A stretch of DNA of 64,000 bases from Trichosphaerium sp. ATCC 40318 (taxonomy: Eukaryota; Protista; Tubulinea): contig JALMLS010000577.1 of assembly GCA_038496445.1 (NCBI GenBank), forward strand, positions 372,001 through 436,000, given 5' to 3'. The translations under genes and the position numbers were made by a program. Below are positions 52,873 through 64,000 of this stretch, piece after piece; the stretch's first letter is position 1, and the number at the start of each line of letters is the position of its first letter. The notes beneath the pieces are model-generated. The model was not told where the DNA came from. It ran no database searches and saw only the letters and a list, made by a program, of their open reading frames with translations.

Positions 52873-53205
52873 ATGGATCAAACATCGTATAAGGAGGTAA
52901 TAATAACGTGCTTGTTAAGTAAACTGATAAACAAATAGATAAAGAAGTCAGACACAGCTTTTTGGAACCCATTACTACTACGCCTTCCCCAAAAAATACA
53001 ACAGAAGATTATCAAGCTAGACTTTGAAGTCTATTTGAAGTGGCCTCTATTTTCTAGGTACTCGGCAATCACAACAAGGTTTGATGGATACTTGAGGAAA
53101 CAAGGCAGTTGGAAGCAACACGCTGTCAATCAAATAGATTCGGAGGTTGAAGGCGTTAGACAAGTTGTAATAACAAGCGATCACGTGGTTTGTCAACAAT
53201 TTTAG
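52873..53205 (+). pseudogene. Truncated F-box-only member of the F-box-MORN family (copy D)
   Basis: MDQTSYKE / IKKSDTAFWNPLLLRLPQKIQQKIIKLDFEVYLKWPLFSRYSAITTRFDGYLRKQGSWKQH...HVVCQQF*. The stop falls where copies A/B have W and the repeats begin. Not in the ORF track. Confidence 0.8.
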
Positions 53206-53642
53206 TAAGTCCGTTCGCGTGCCTTCTCTCACTGAACATCGCAAATCGATTCTGCTAAAAGAAGTACACTAGAAGTATTGTCATATCGATCGTCAAGATT
53301 TTCTCTGAATATTTCCACGCTTATTTCACTTCTTTTTTAATTCTACTTCAATACAAGAGACTAGTTTTCTAAGAGATTAATTCCACACAAGCTATACGTT
53401 GAAATTGGTAACGAGCGCTCTAGATTAGTACATTTAATAACCCGTACGAGAAACACTTTCTATATAGAGATGGTAACCTATCCTTGCAACTAACAGATTT
53501 AGCGCTCTTACAGCAACACGGGTACCGCTTAAACAAGGGACATTCATGACATACAATGCACCATTTTGGGTGGATTTGAACCCCAAATTAACTGTCTTGT
53601 GAAACCCCATTTTTTTGGACTTGACATAACAAATTAGAACAC

Positions 53643-54682
53643 ATGAGCGAGACAATAGCACCAGCCGCGCTATACACCCAAAACGTTGCTGAGAAATGGA
53701 GCAGAGTGTATGGAGGTAAAGGAAACTTTCTTAAACCTTACGTTCGCTCCCAAATATTCAAACTACTCGGAAACATAAAAAACAAGTCTATTCTAGACGC
53801 TGGATGCGGTACAGGTACAATTAAACGCGAATATACAAGATTCAGCTATAAAACAACCTTTAAAAGTCACAATACGCGCTTTTTCACTATATACGTTGTT
53901 AATTGGTTTCAAAACTAGGTGATTGGGTATTTGAAGCATCAAAGAGAGGCGCACGTGCTTCAGGGATCGATCAATCGAGTGATATGATTTCACAAGCGAA
54001 AAAAAGAGCCAAGTCTTTGGACATTGATGCATCGTGAGTCTTTTCTTTCTTCTTCAAAGTTTTTCTGTTAGTGGCATGCGATGAGTTCTATTGTTAACCT
54101 ATATCAAGGTTTGATACTGTTGCACTTGGAAGTACAACTGCTGCAGAAAAAGGAGAACAATTCGAACTTGTTTTATGCAACTATGTCCTTCAGTGTGCTC
54201 AGAGCGTTGAAGCCTTACAAACTATGATAAATAGTTTATTCGGTTATACAGCTGCTAATGGGAAATGCTATATTATTTTCCCGTTAAATAAAGCGTTGTT
54301 GAAGAAAGGTAACATGACTAACAGCGTGATGTTTTTTTTTGAAAACTTATTTTTTGTCTAAGATCAAAAAACACTAAAGGCTTATGGATGTATAACGCAA
54401 TTGGACTTATCTAAGATCCCACAAGAACCTACAGATGCTGTTGAATATAACTATACAGTAAGATTAGAAAGTGGAGAAGGTGTTAACCTAAAGGGATACG
54501 ACTACAAGGAGTCAACAGCAATCGATTGTCTAAAAAAAGCAGGGTTCTCAAAAATACGTAAATTGAATGCACTCAAGGAGTACGACAATGATGACTTGGG
54601 TAAAACTGGACTATCAAAGGAGTCTTTTGAAGAAATATTAAAGTGGTTTGACTACACTGTATTACTGGAAGCTACAAAGTAA
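53643..54682 (+). CDS. Class I SAM-dependent methyltransferase
   Basis: KSILDAGCGTG motif I and FELVLCNYVL motif; 4 exons. Confidence 0.88.
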
Positions 54683-54986
54683 GACTCTCACATTGTAAGG
54701 AATAAAAAAGTTTACACATGCTACTCTTTGTTACCATAACCTACTATGATGGCATAACTTATGCTCCCAGAATGGTCGCTAGAACCAATGACGTTCATCT
54801 CCAAGTTAGTCATTTTTCTTATCGACAAACTACTTAGTCAATACAAGTAGTAATTCACAATTCTGTCACAACAATACTTCCTGCCGACTGCTAAGGATTA
54901 CCTTTAGGTGTTTTGTTGTTGTAGGTGCACCATCAGAAGCTCAATACCTTGTTTAAGCCAATCGCTACTTAGTTTAAATTCTTACA

Positions 54987-55899
54987 ATGGCTGCAGCTTC
55001 AGAAAGCAATTCTGACGAGGAACTTCGTTCTCAAGGTCTAAGTATTACTGAGCGTGTCAAACACTCAGTACATCATAAAGTAAAAAAGATATTAAAACAA
55101 AGAAGACGAAATGCTTTAATTGTTATCATTGGCGGCTTAGTACTTGCTCTGGCATTCTCTGTTGTTGGTATGGTTCGTATAGAACATTTTACTCATGAAT
55201 TGGAGCACGTGGCGAATATATCGGTCACGTTCGAGGAGAAAATCTTTGTAGAAGAAGCAGAAGAGCTTATTTACTCTTCGCAATTGTTTTACATTCTACT
55301 ACTCGCTGAAACGGCGATTGTGTTCTTGGATGTTCTTACTGAAGCTATAGTATGGATTTCTCCATTCAAATGTTTAGGTACTTGATCACGTGATCCACAC
55401 AAAACCAAAAAAAAAATTCCAAAAAAAAACAACGCGTTTTCTCGTGTCTCTTGCTTAACTCTTCTCTTTAGGCGTGTTGTTCTTTTTCATTAACTTGGCC
55501 ATTGATACCATACCTCCTCTTATAGAATACGTATCTATATTCTTTCTCTTTGATTACATCAACAGTATTCGTATAATATCGCCTTCATTTGAACAGACAA
55601 GCAAAAATATCTTAAGTTTTTTGCAAATCGAAAACCTTGTTTACATCATTTTATGCATTCTCTACTTTTCCAACTATAAAAAGTTCCTACAAGACGAAGG
55701 CACTAATAGAGGGTCTTATTTTATGCAATTAATTTCGCCTGGATTTAAAAAACAAGTAAAAGAAGAAGCAGAAGAGCTAGAGAAGCATGAGAAGCTTGTT
55801 TATAATTTAAGTACTTTTGAAAACATGCTTTTCTTTTGGCCTTTGGATAAATGGGAGAACTATGTAAAGAAAAGTGGCAAGAAGCCATCAGAATTTTGA
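54987..55899 (+). CDS. Multi-pass membrane protein, unknown function
   Basis: ORFs 54987-55385 and 55474-55899 joined by one intron; about 4 hydrophobic segments. Confidence 0.7.
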
Positions 55900-56299
55900 T
55901 GCGCAAAAGGAGACTCAGTGGTATACTAGGTTAATAAAGTAATTTAAAGTAGACGTTTCATCTAAAAGACTGTTTTGTATTGTCGATAAAAAAGAACTCG
56001 GTTTTGTTCATCATTGTGAGCATAAAGTTTGTGCTAACAAGCAAAATGGTTTAGTTACATGCTAGCACCTATAACACAAACTATGAGGATGAAAAAGGTT
56101 TAGGTCATGAGTACGGACAAACTTAAAATTGGAGCGTTAATCTTTTTTATTGGTCACTTAGAAGAAGAGTTTTGTATCTTGACTAGAAAACGTTCAAAGC
56201 TACACTACCAACTGTTTTATTATAACGGATGTTTGTTATAAATTCAACGGTGTAAGAGCCGTATTCTTTCTTCATCAGAATCTATTGCTCGTTTCCTAA

Positions 56300-57473
56300 A
56301 TCAAATAAGGTTCAACAACAAACATTCTCAAAAAATACGCAAAAAACCAAGAATACAAAGGATCGTCTAGGACTTTATCTGACCTTGAAACACACGCTGG
56401 CAGAGGATTAAATCCAGGGTAGTAAACATAGGATGGAAAAGTAATTTGCCCGTATGTAGTTACAGCACCTCAAATAATTCAGTTAATCGTCAGTTTCTAC
56501 TACAAATGTAATTACCTGTCACTTTGTCTACTTGCGAAGTATCAAAACCAACACTAATTATGAGCCTATCATCATCTAGTATGTCTAAATTGGAAGTGGT
56601 GGGATACAAACCCTCTACAAATAATGTCATGGCATCCAACGTATATTCGCATGGGGCTCCAGAAAGTAATGTCGAAGTTGGAACCCGGTGTATTGTTGCT
56701 ATCCCAGAAGTATGTACTAACAAGTACATCACATCACCATCAATGGCAACTAGGTTCAGTCAGCTCTTTACACGCCGTTTATTGTCTGGGGTGACCCTCA
56801 GATCTTAGTTGTTCAACTCCACTTTTACGTACATTGTAAAATAAATTGCTGAGCCTCAAGCGCAAAAGTACAGGACGGTACCATTGAAATACATTCAGGT
56901 GAAGAAGGGTTAAGTGTGTATTCTATAAACTGGCTAGATGACTCGAGTACTACGAACTTGTTTTCAGAAACAAAGTTCCCATCATTGTAGATAGCAGTTA
57001 ATCTGTCCAATCCATTATCTCCTCTACATACTTCTACATCACTTTCTGTTTTTACTACAACTTCTTCTCCTTGGAACAACACTAAAAGAGACCCATCCAG
57101 AGAAGGTACTTAAAAAAAATTAACGCCAAACACGCATAATCCGAAAGGTTTTATCTTCTTGATTTTTGAAATGCAAACTACGTACTTAGTGCGGCAGATA
57201 TAGGTCTCACAGGTAAGGGAGTAAGATTTTCGAATGTAACACCGAATAATTCAGGGTCTACCTTTTATTAACGACACGTGTTGTATCCGGGAAACAAAGT
57301 AATGTAAATTAGGTATTAGCAGCAAATAGTTACGTACCACTGTTCAAGTCTATACTTTCGGAAACTACCTGGCTGATCATTCCATTTGGATTACTTACAA
57401 TAAAACTTGGAGGGCGCTGACAATAGCCTGTGCTTACAAAGGCCAAAAGAAGAGCGATAGCTATCTTGTACAT
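56300..57473 (-). CDS. Secreted beta-propeller-like protein; 3' end approximate
   Basis: Signal MYKIAIALLLAFVSTGYC, followed by beta-rich Cys-containing exons. Confidence 0.6.
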
Positions 57474-58915
57474 AGTTTTTTGACCTATTAAAACACAGTA
57501 AGGTATTTGTATCTCATTAGTTATTCCTTGCTGCCGTACAAGCTTTACTATTAACTTGTTTGCGTCTGTTTTGATGCCTTTGGTTGACTTTATGGTTTTA
57601 CGTTTTCGCACGTGATTTGAAACGTTATTTTTTTAGTTGAACTTGGAGGAAACATAGTTAGGCGAGAAAATACGTCATTATAAGTGCTTATAAGGTATGT
57701 ATGCAGTATACATCCTCGAGCTAAAACGAGAAAAATCGCGCTTTGTTGAGCTTATTCGTGTCACGTAGAGAACCAGTGAGACGCGTGAGAAACTATTTAT
57801 ACGGTTAATACCTTTAACAAAACACTTACGCTTAGTTTACTCGCGCAACACGTTAACTATACCAACATGGAGTATTCTATAAGGGCTATATGCTCCGAAG
57901 GCTAGTATGGAAAGGGTTTTAGTAATGTGCCGGATGGCACCACACTGAGATGTTCTCAACGTCTTACTTACAATTTACGTTACGCGTGTGTGATAAAACA
58001 AATACCATGGTATTGGATACGGTCACTAGTGTTCAGTTAATGATGTTAGCATCACGTGATGATATGATAAATTATTTTTAGTCATAAGTTCTGTACTTGT
58101 CATTAAACTAAGATCTAGTATTGTTAACCGTGTCAAGTAAAAATGCTTGCATTCGTACAACATAATAATACCGGCAAAACTTTTGTTCACTAGCAAAAAA
58201 TCGTACACAAAGTACCGGAAGAACGACCAGAAACAACAAACATCATCCAACATGTCACAACACATCTACTCTTTTTTGCTTGCGCTAAGAAAAGACGCCG
58301 CCCTCACAAAGTATAGAATACTTGAGCAAATACAAATTGTTTACAAACAAGTATTCTCACGCAGTAAACCAGAACCTAAAGTACGATATAACCTGTGTTC
58401 TGTATCTAAAGAAACCTCTAGGAACATAAGACAACAGCAGACCAAAGCCATCTACTAAGCCTTCCTATGGAGCTACAACTCGAGATTATTGATTCCGATC
58501 TGGAAGTGTATGTTAAGTGGGCACTACTATCGAAACACACTGCAAGGACGACAAGATTTGATAACGAGATGAAGAAACATGGAACTTGGCTTAAAATACA
58601 AACAACAAGTTCTCAAAGTCAGATAGTGGCACAAGAGTCCTGGGAACATGGGTCACGAAACGGCGATGCCAAGAAGTGGCATAATAATGGTGTGTTGAAG
58701 GAGTTGTATCACTTTATCAATGGTAACATTCATGGAGAGCATAAGAAGTGGTATAGTAACGGCCAAATAAAAAAACAATGTACTTTTGTCAATAGTATAA
58801 GAGAGGGTGAGTGCAGTACATGGTATGATAATGGACAATTACAAGAATTTTGTTGTTATATCAACGGAAGAATACACGGAGAGCATAAGGAGTGGTTTAC
58901 AAATGGTCAATTATC

Positions 58916-60492
58916 TTTTTTTTTTTAGAATAAGAGGCAGCGCGCTAGCGCCTACTTTATTACATAGGAATTTTTACATTGGATAACGACTTACAAATGT
59001 GTGTGTACAACAGGAAAAGCCAGAGTAACTAGGAGATTCGATCAAGCCAGCACAAAAGAACAGAGAAGCCAAATATATGGAACCCATGAGATAATAAAAC
59101 AGATCACTGAAAGCTATACCTGGTTAAGTTTTTTACGCTCTTCGTACCAACGAGCCCGTAGATTTTGGATGTTAGAGAGAGAGGTATCAACACGCTCACC
59201 AGCTACCACTTTTTTCCGCCAGTGTGCTTCCAATTCAGTGCGAAAAGCCGACTCCAAGTCGGGTTTGAGAATAGAACCAGAAGTTGAGACAGGTACCTTG
59301 GGAGCAGGTGAAGAAGAAGGAGAAGGCCTAACCGGTGGTGGGTGCGTACTTGGGCGCTGGTTAGAGATGGTAGGTCTAGGCAACACACGTGGTTTTTTGT
59401 TAGCTACTCGTTGGGGACCTACAAAGCTTCGCTTGCCCAACTTGAACTCATCGAGGCCAGACTCGTCCAAGAACTCAATACTTCTTGCCTTTTTTTGAGC
59501 TGCCAGATAAACTGCTTTGCCTTTGAAAATCTTAAAAACCAGATAATTTTTGTGACGCTTAATAACTTGGAACGTCTCCAACCCTTCTATCACCTTGGAG
59601 CACCAAAAAACGCACCCATTAGAAGCCAGTTTGTGTTTTTCTGTGAGCCAGCGACGGAAGAAAAGAAGCTTGACATCCATAACCTTACAGAACTCGGTGC
59701 ACAATAATAACATGTCATCGCCTGACTCAGTATTGCGGAAGCCCGAAATCACAATCTTGGTACAGTTGTGGGCAATAGTGTACATGTTGACGCCTCGGTT
59801 TTGAAATGAGCGTCTGATGTTTTGGATGCGATCATTGTCCAGCTTACTCATATACACAGCTACAGTTAGTCCAAATTCATACTCCCTGGCAGTCACGACT
59901 GTATTATCCTTGTTTTTGCAGATGTTTTTGACGATAATATCACTAGCCTCCTCGAACGCCTTTTGAACATCCACTGGAGCTTTGGACTCACCACTACCCT
60001 TAGTAATGAGGTCTGAATAGATCTCCACCTTAACGATCCAAAGAATAAGACCCTCTGTACCTTCTTGCTCTAGTCTCGCAGACTGTGCACTCTCGATCGT
60101 TTGGACCACATTAATAAGTGTGTCCTTAACAACACTAACAGTTTGTTGTTGTGGCAAACTATCGGCTAAATCTGCCATAGCACTGTCAATGGTGGAGTTG
60201 TTGGCCATGTTCCTGGTTTGGTGAATAGAGTGAGCAACACGTATACACTAGAATGACAGAATTTTCAATGAACATCGGAAAATTAGATTTAGCGAACATG
60301 AAAGTTAAGACAAATGGCCTACAGGCCCTAGCGACCTGCGGCAAACTTACTACAAACTCTTTGTGACACTTTGGGCTCAAAAGGCCCAAAGTGTTACCAA
60401 GACATACAGGGATACCCTAGGGCGTAAAATATGAGAAAGAAATAAAATAAGTTGAAGAGAAGCTGCAATCACCGGGCAGTTAAGCCGGCCTC
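58916..60492 (-). mobile_element. 1577-bp poly(A)-tailed retroposed element with 18-bp TSD
   Basis: tacaaatggtcaattatc is duplicated at 58898-58915 and 60493-60510; T11 at 58916-58926; minus-strand AATAAA about 30 nt before the A-tail. Confidence 0.93.
59114..60208 (-). CDS. Intact intronless 364-aa ORF of the retroposed element (possibly ORF1p/RRM-like)
   Basis: Single long ORF inside the element. Segment CTKIVISGFRNTESGDDMLLLCTEF resembles an RRM beta1-alpha1; basic/Pro-rich C-terminus. No RT or endonuclease motifs seen. Confidence 0.75.
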   Translation of the reverse strand: MANNSTIDSAMADLADSLPQQQTVSVVKDTLINVVQTIESAQSARLEQEGTEGLILWIVKVEIYSDLITKGSGESKAPVDVQKAFEEASDIIVKNICKNKDNTVVTAREYEFGLTVAVYMSKLDNDRIQNIRRSFQNRGVNMYTIAHNCTKIVISGFRNTESGDDMLLLCTEFCKVMDVKLLFFRRWLTEKHKLASNGCVFWCSKVIEGLETFQVIKRHKNYLVFKIFKGKAVYLAAQKKARSIEFLDESGLDEFKLGKRSFVGPQRVANKKPRVLPRPTISNQRPSTHPPPVRPSPSSSPAPKVPVSTSGSILKPDLESAFRTELEAHWRKKVVAGERVDTSLSNIQNLRARWYEERKKLNQV

Positions 60493-61058
60493 TACAAATG
60501 GTCAATTATCAGAACAGTATAGCTTCGTAGATGGGAAACAAGACGGAGAATATAAGATATTCTTTAGTGATGGAGAACTTTTTGAACAGGGTTATTACTT
60601 CAGTGGAAAAAGGAACAAGAAGTCTTACCCTCTATTTTTCAGCATGTTTCAATAGTATCAAGACAGAATAAATAATCTTTTCTGTAACAACCATCAGTAC
60701 ACAATTGCAAAGAAACGTTTCTACCTTTAAAGTGTTAAAGCTTTACCATAAGATACGTTGGCACTGCGGCAACCCGTTGTGCACAACCGATTCGTACTTT
60801 ATACTTTGTGCGAATATAGGAAGGAAATCAAACACTGTGAAAACACAAAAAACTACACACTTTTTTTCCCAGATAAGACTCGTTTTCTGCAAGAAGAAAT
60901 GAGCTCTGTATTTCCCAAAAAAGAAGACATAGAGTTTAGTTTTATGTTTTGTACACAAACAAGAATTGAAGTGTTCGCAGATATCACGACTGTTAAATTT
61001 GTTTCATTGAACGCTTAACACAAAAAAGATGTCCTTCGCGTACTTGAAAGCATCACAC

Positions 61059-63290
61059 ATGAATTGCTACATATTTATTCTCCTTGCCATCTTTTTTGTA
61101 TTTGCGAAAGCTCAGGCTCCAAACGCGTTTATCAACTCCGTTGACAACGGGTTCGAAATACGTTTTATAGCAGACGATAACACTGTTGTACATGGCACGT
61201 GGGGTTTATTGAGATTGCCTGTTATTTAATTCTTTATTGTAGAATGCTTAGACAGCATCCCCTCTGGAACGGTAATAAGATCAATGGCCTACTTAGCTTC
61301 AAAAAACTTGCTATTTATTGGGCTGAGTCTAGAATCACCAACTGCTCCAACGTTTATAATTATAGATCCTTATACATGCCAAGTCCAGGTACTTAAACAC
61401 GGAGGTCATACACTAGGCAGGCTGCTCAAATTTTGCTCGCCTTTCCAAAAACCGCTGGCAACTTGCTTTTGTGTGTCAATCTATGTGTTGCAGTTTGCTA
61501 TAATTAATTCAGTTTGTATCCAGACGAAATGCACTACGTTTGGTTTCAGTATTGCTGTTCATCCCACAACTGAGATACTTTATGGACTCAGTTGGTCAGA
61601 TAGCTCTGAAACTTTTCTTTCAACAATAGATTATTCAAATTGTAATATGACTCTTAAGCTTGCTTGTGAGGTCAATGTACGAATAGCAGAAGCAAGTACG
61701 AACAATTTTGTAGTTCAATTCATCTGTTTAACACACGTTCAAGTGTCAGCTAAAAATAGCTCACCACGTGCCAGTACTTTTCGCGTTTGAGAAACCTAGC
61801 TAATGTATCTTTTTTGTCTAGTGGCATTTAGTGGTACAACACTAGTAGCAGCTGGTTATAAAAGCATTGGAGTATTTCCCTCGTTTGATACAGACAATTG
61901 TACTGCATCAGCAACAGCTGCTTTTAACAGTACATATCCCACTAAATGTACGTTGGTAAAAATATTCTAAAAGTTCAAACTTTAGCCTATGTTTTTTTCC
62001 TCTCATAATGTATTTCTAGCGATGGCTTTCATTTCAGAAGATGAAGTAGTTGTAACAACACTATTAAGATGGTTTAAAATTAACATTAAAACACTTGAAG
62101 TATCAGATTTTGCTTCAAGTATACCATATGGAAGTATACTCTCATCAATGTTCTACGATGATATACCAAGAACTGTTGCCCCTATACCACCTACTCCTGA
62201 AGCCCCAGTAGCACCCACTAATATCCCTACACCAGCGCCTGACGGAGGCATTATAGACGTATTCATCATGGCAAAACGAGATGACGCACCGGGGTTTGAA
62301 TACAGACTGATTTCAAATACAAGTGACGTAGTAGGTTGTAAGTATTGTTGCTATTCTTTGATCAATTTTAATTCTTATATCAGCTTGTTCTACACCAAGT
62401 CTAGTTAGCGCTCCATTTGCAATAGAATACAGTAGTGCTATAGATAAGGTTATATACATCAATAATAATAGCAGGATTTTCACAGTTGATCCGTACACAT
62501 GTGAAATAGTATGTTGGTTTTGTTTCTTACACTGCTTCTATTTATAACCGAGTAACCCTTATACAAAGGAAAAAGTTTGTATTATGAGCCTTGGAGCCTT
62601 TGGTTTGATGGTAGATAAAGAAAGTGGTAGGATTTTTGGTGAGGCTAGCGGACCATACGTACTAGAGATTAATATGGAAAATTGTTTATTGTCTTTTCAT
62701 TGTGGTAATCAAACAACATCTGCAGCTAGTGGTACGTATTTTTGCCTTGTTTGAAGCCAGTTTTTATTATATTTTAACATCTCTCAGGCATGCTCATTAA
62801 TGATGTTCTCTACATTGGTGGTGCTAATAACCTGATAAGCAAAGCACCAAACTTTTTATCTGGATCATGTGTTCCAGACAGAGCAGCAACAATACCAGAT
62901 TGTAGAATGGCAGGTATGACAACTGTAAATACAGCTTCGAACTTAAACTGTTTTGCAACAAAAGGGTTGACAGCAATATCGAGTGATGTTCTTGTTGGTT
63001 CTTGTAGAAATGGTGACTTAGTTCATATCAATGCTACAACGCTTTCTTTTTTCCAAAGGGAGTTCGATGTAAGTGTTGGTGAGGGGATCTCTGCGTTCAA
63101 ATACAACCCTCCTACAGAAGCGCCAACAACTGCCGCCCCAACTGCATCTCCTTCTACCGAAGCGCCAGTACCTACGCAAGTCCCATCAATTTCACCAACT
63201 GCAACAGTTGCGCCAACTTCAAGTTCAAGAACGGTTGTGTTACGCTTCGGTTTGATTACACTTGGTTTATTCTTCTTGTTCCACTTATAA
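61059..63290 (+). CDS. Secreted/GPI-type surface protein with two beta-propeller-like halves and Pro/Thr linkers
   Basis: Signal MNCYIFILLAIFFVFAKA; the (I/V)DPYTC motif occurs twice; PT stalks; ends FGLITLGLFFLFHL*. Confidence 0.7.
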
Positions 63291-63379
63291 TAAAAAAAGT
63301 AGTTCTTGTTTGGTTTCGAGCTTCTTTTTTCACAGTTGCAACATCTATTGAGTATCACGCATCGCTAATAAATCGTCCT

Positions 63380-64000
63380 AGGTGATGTATAGTAGCCCAA
63401 AATAATCGACCTGGGTACGATACACGCTAACTCGAAGTAGAATGTAACCTCTTCAACATTTATAAAATACAATTACAAAATGAGTACATGTTTTCTATGT
63501 TTTACTTGTTGCTATTGATCCGCTTATTTGAGATTTTGACTTATTCCTCGCTGTAGAAATGGTATCTCCAAGTTTAGAAGATGTGGCTGAAATACGTTTA
63601 CGAAAGTACCAAACACAATCAGGGAATCTTAGAAATCATTAACCACTAAATAGGAAAAAAAGTGCAAAGTACCCCAAAAAGAAAATAACTGTTAAAATCA
63701 ATGGAAGCTCCAGAGTGCTCCATACCCAAACCTTAATGGGGAAACCTCTGTTATGTCCGTATCCTGAAATAACTTGTACTATTAGAGATAATAAGTAGAA
63801 TAATCCAAGAAGGCATTCTATAACAAGGAAGCAGGACATCTAAAGTGTTGTTAGTAAGTCATGTTCTTATAAATTTTTTTCGAAACGGTTCCTTGCCCTT
63901 ATTAATAGTTCTTCGTATCGTTGCGATCTTCCAGCATCTGTTATCATTTTCCTTACATTACAAACAAGCATCGATCCCGTTATCTAAGTAATGAGTGAGA
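63380..64000 (-). CDS. 3' part of a multi-pass membrane protein (partial)
   Basis: Hydrophobic exon 63639-63839 followed by a Ser/Lys-rich cytoplasmic exon. Confidence 0.5.

Larger units (their letters stand above)
58252..60655 (+). pseudogene. F-box-like + MORN-variant gene (copy E) disrupted by a retroposed insertion
   Basis: Exon 58252-58380, intron to 58421, then HLLSLPMELQLEII...GEHKEWFTNGQLS | insertion | EQYSFVDGKQDGEYK... Removing the insertion and one TSD copy restores the frame. Confidence 0.9.

Noticed and set aside
53465-53476. Second tagagatgg as partner of the putative hAT end at 22931
   Set aside because: Same orientation rather than inverted, and the motif also occurs at about 59362.
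59001-59804. Plus-strand ORFs overlapping the retroposed element
   Set aside because: Antisense to the 364-aa ORF and to the poly(A) polarity; no recognisable motifs.
60450-60492. HDV-like ribozyme at the element 5' end (starts GGCCGGC)
   Set aside because: No complementary P1 strand or nested pseudoknot could be found downstream.

Overview
AT-rich (roughly 35% GC by eye), gene-dense, intron-rich eukaryotic DNA. Introns are mostly 40-110 nt GT-AG with GTAC/GTAA donors. The gene content suggests a free-living amoeba or other protist (inference). About 25 spliced genes can be traced by hand: the 3' end of a Rab, LSm8, an M14 carboxypeptidase, an M20 peptidase, an alpha carbonic anhydrase, a SAM methyltransferase, a double RasGEF, and several secreted or GPI-type Pro/Thr-stalk surface proteins. 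An accessory layer sits among them. (1) A dispersed F-box + MORN-variant repeat family: 3 intact genes, 1 disrupted, 1 truncated, 1 fragment; two copies share an almost identical F-box end but have divergent repeats. (2) A 1.58 kb poly(A)-tailed retroposed element with a perfect 18-bp target-site duplication and one intact 364-aa ORF with no RT, inserted into one of those genes. (3) A RasGEF fused to what looks like an inactive prokaryotic DUF3782-like PD-(D/E)xK domain, and carrying a U12 AT-AC intron. (4) A Crinkler-type REase+kinase gene. (5) An ankyrin-F-box-Rab-like fusion and a degenerate Rho. (6) A strong excess of the palindrome CACGTG, concentrated in introns. Exon boundaries and domain calls were made by eye, without any database search.
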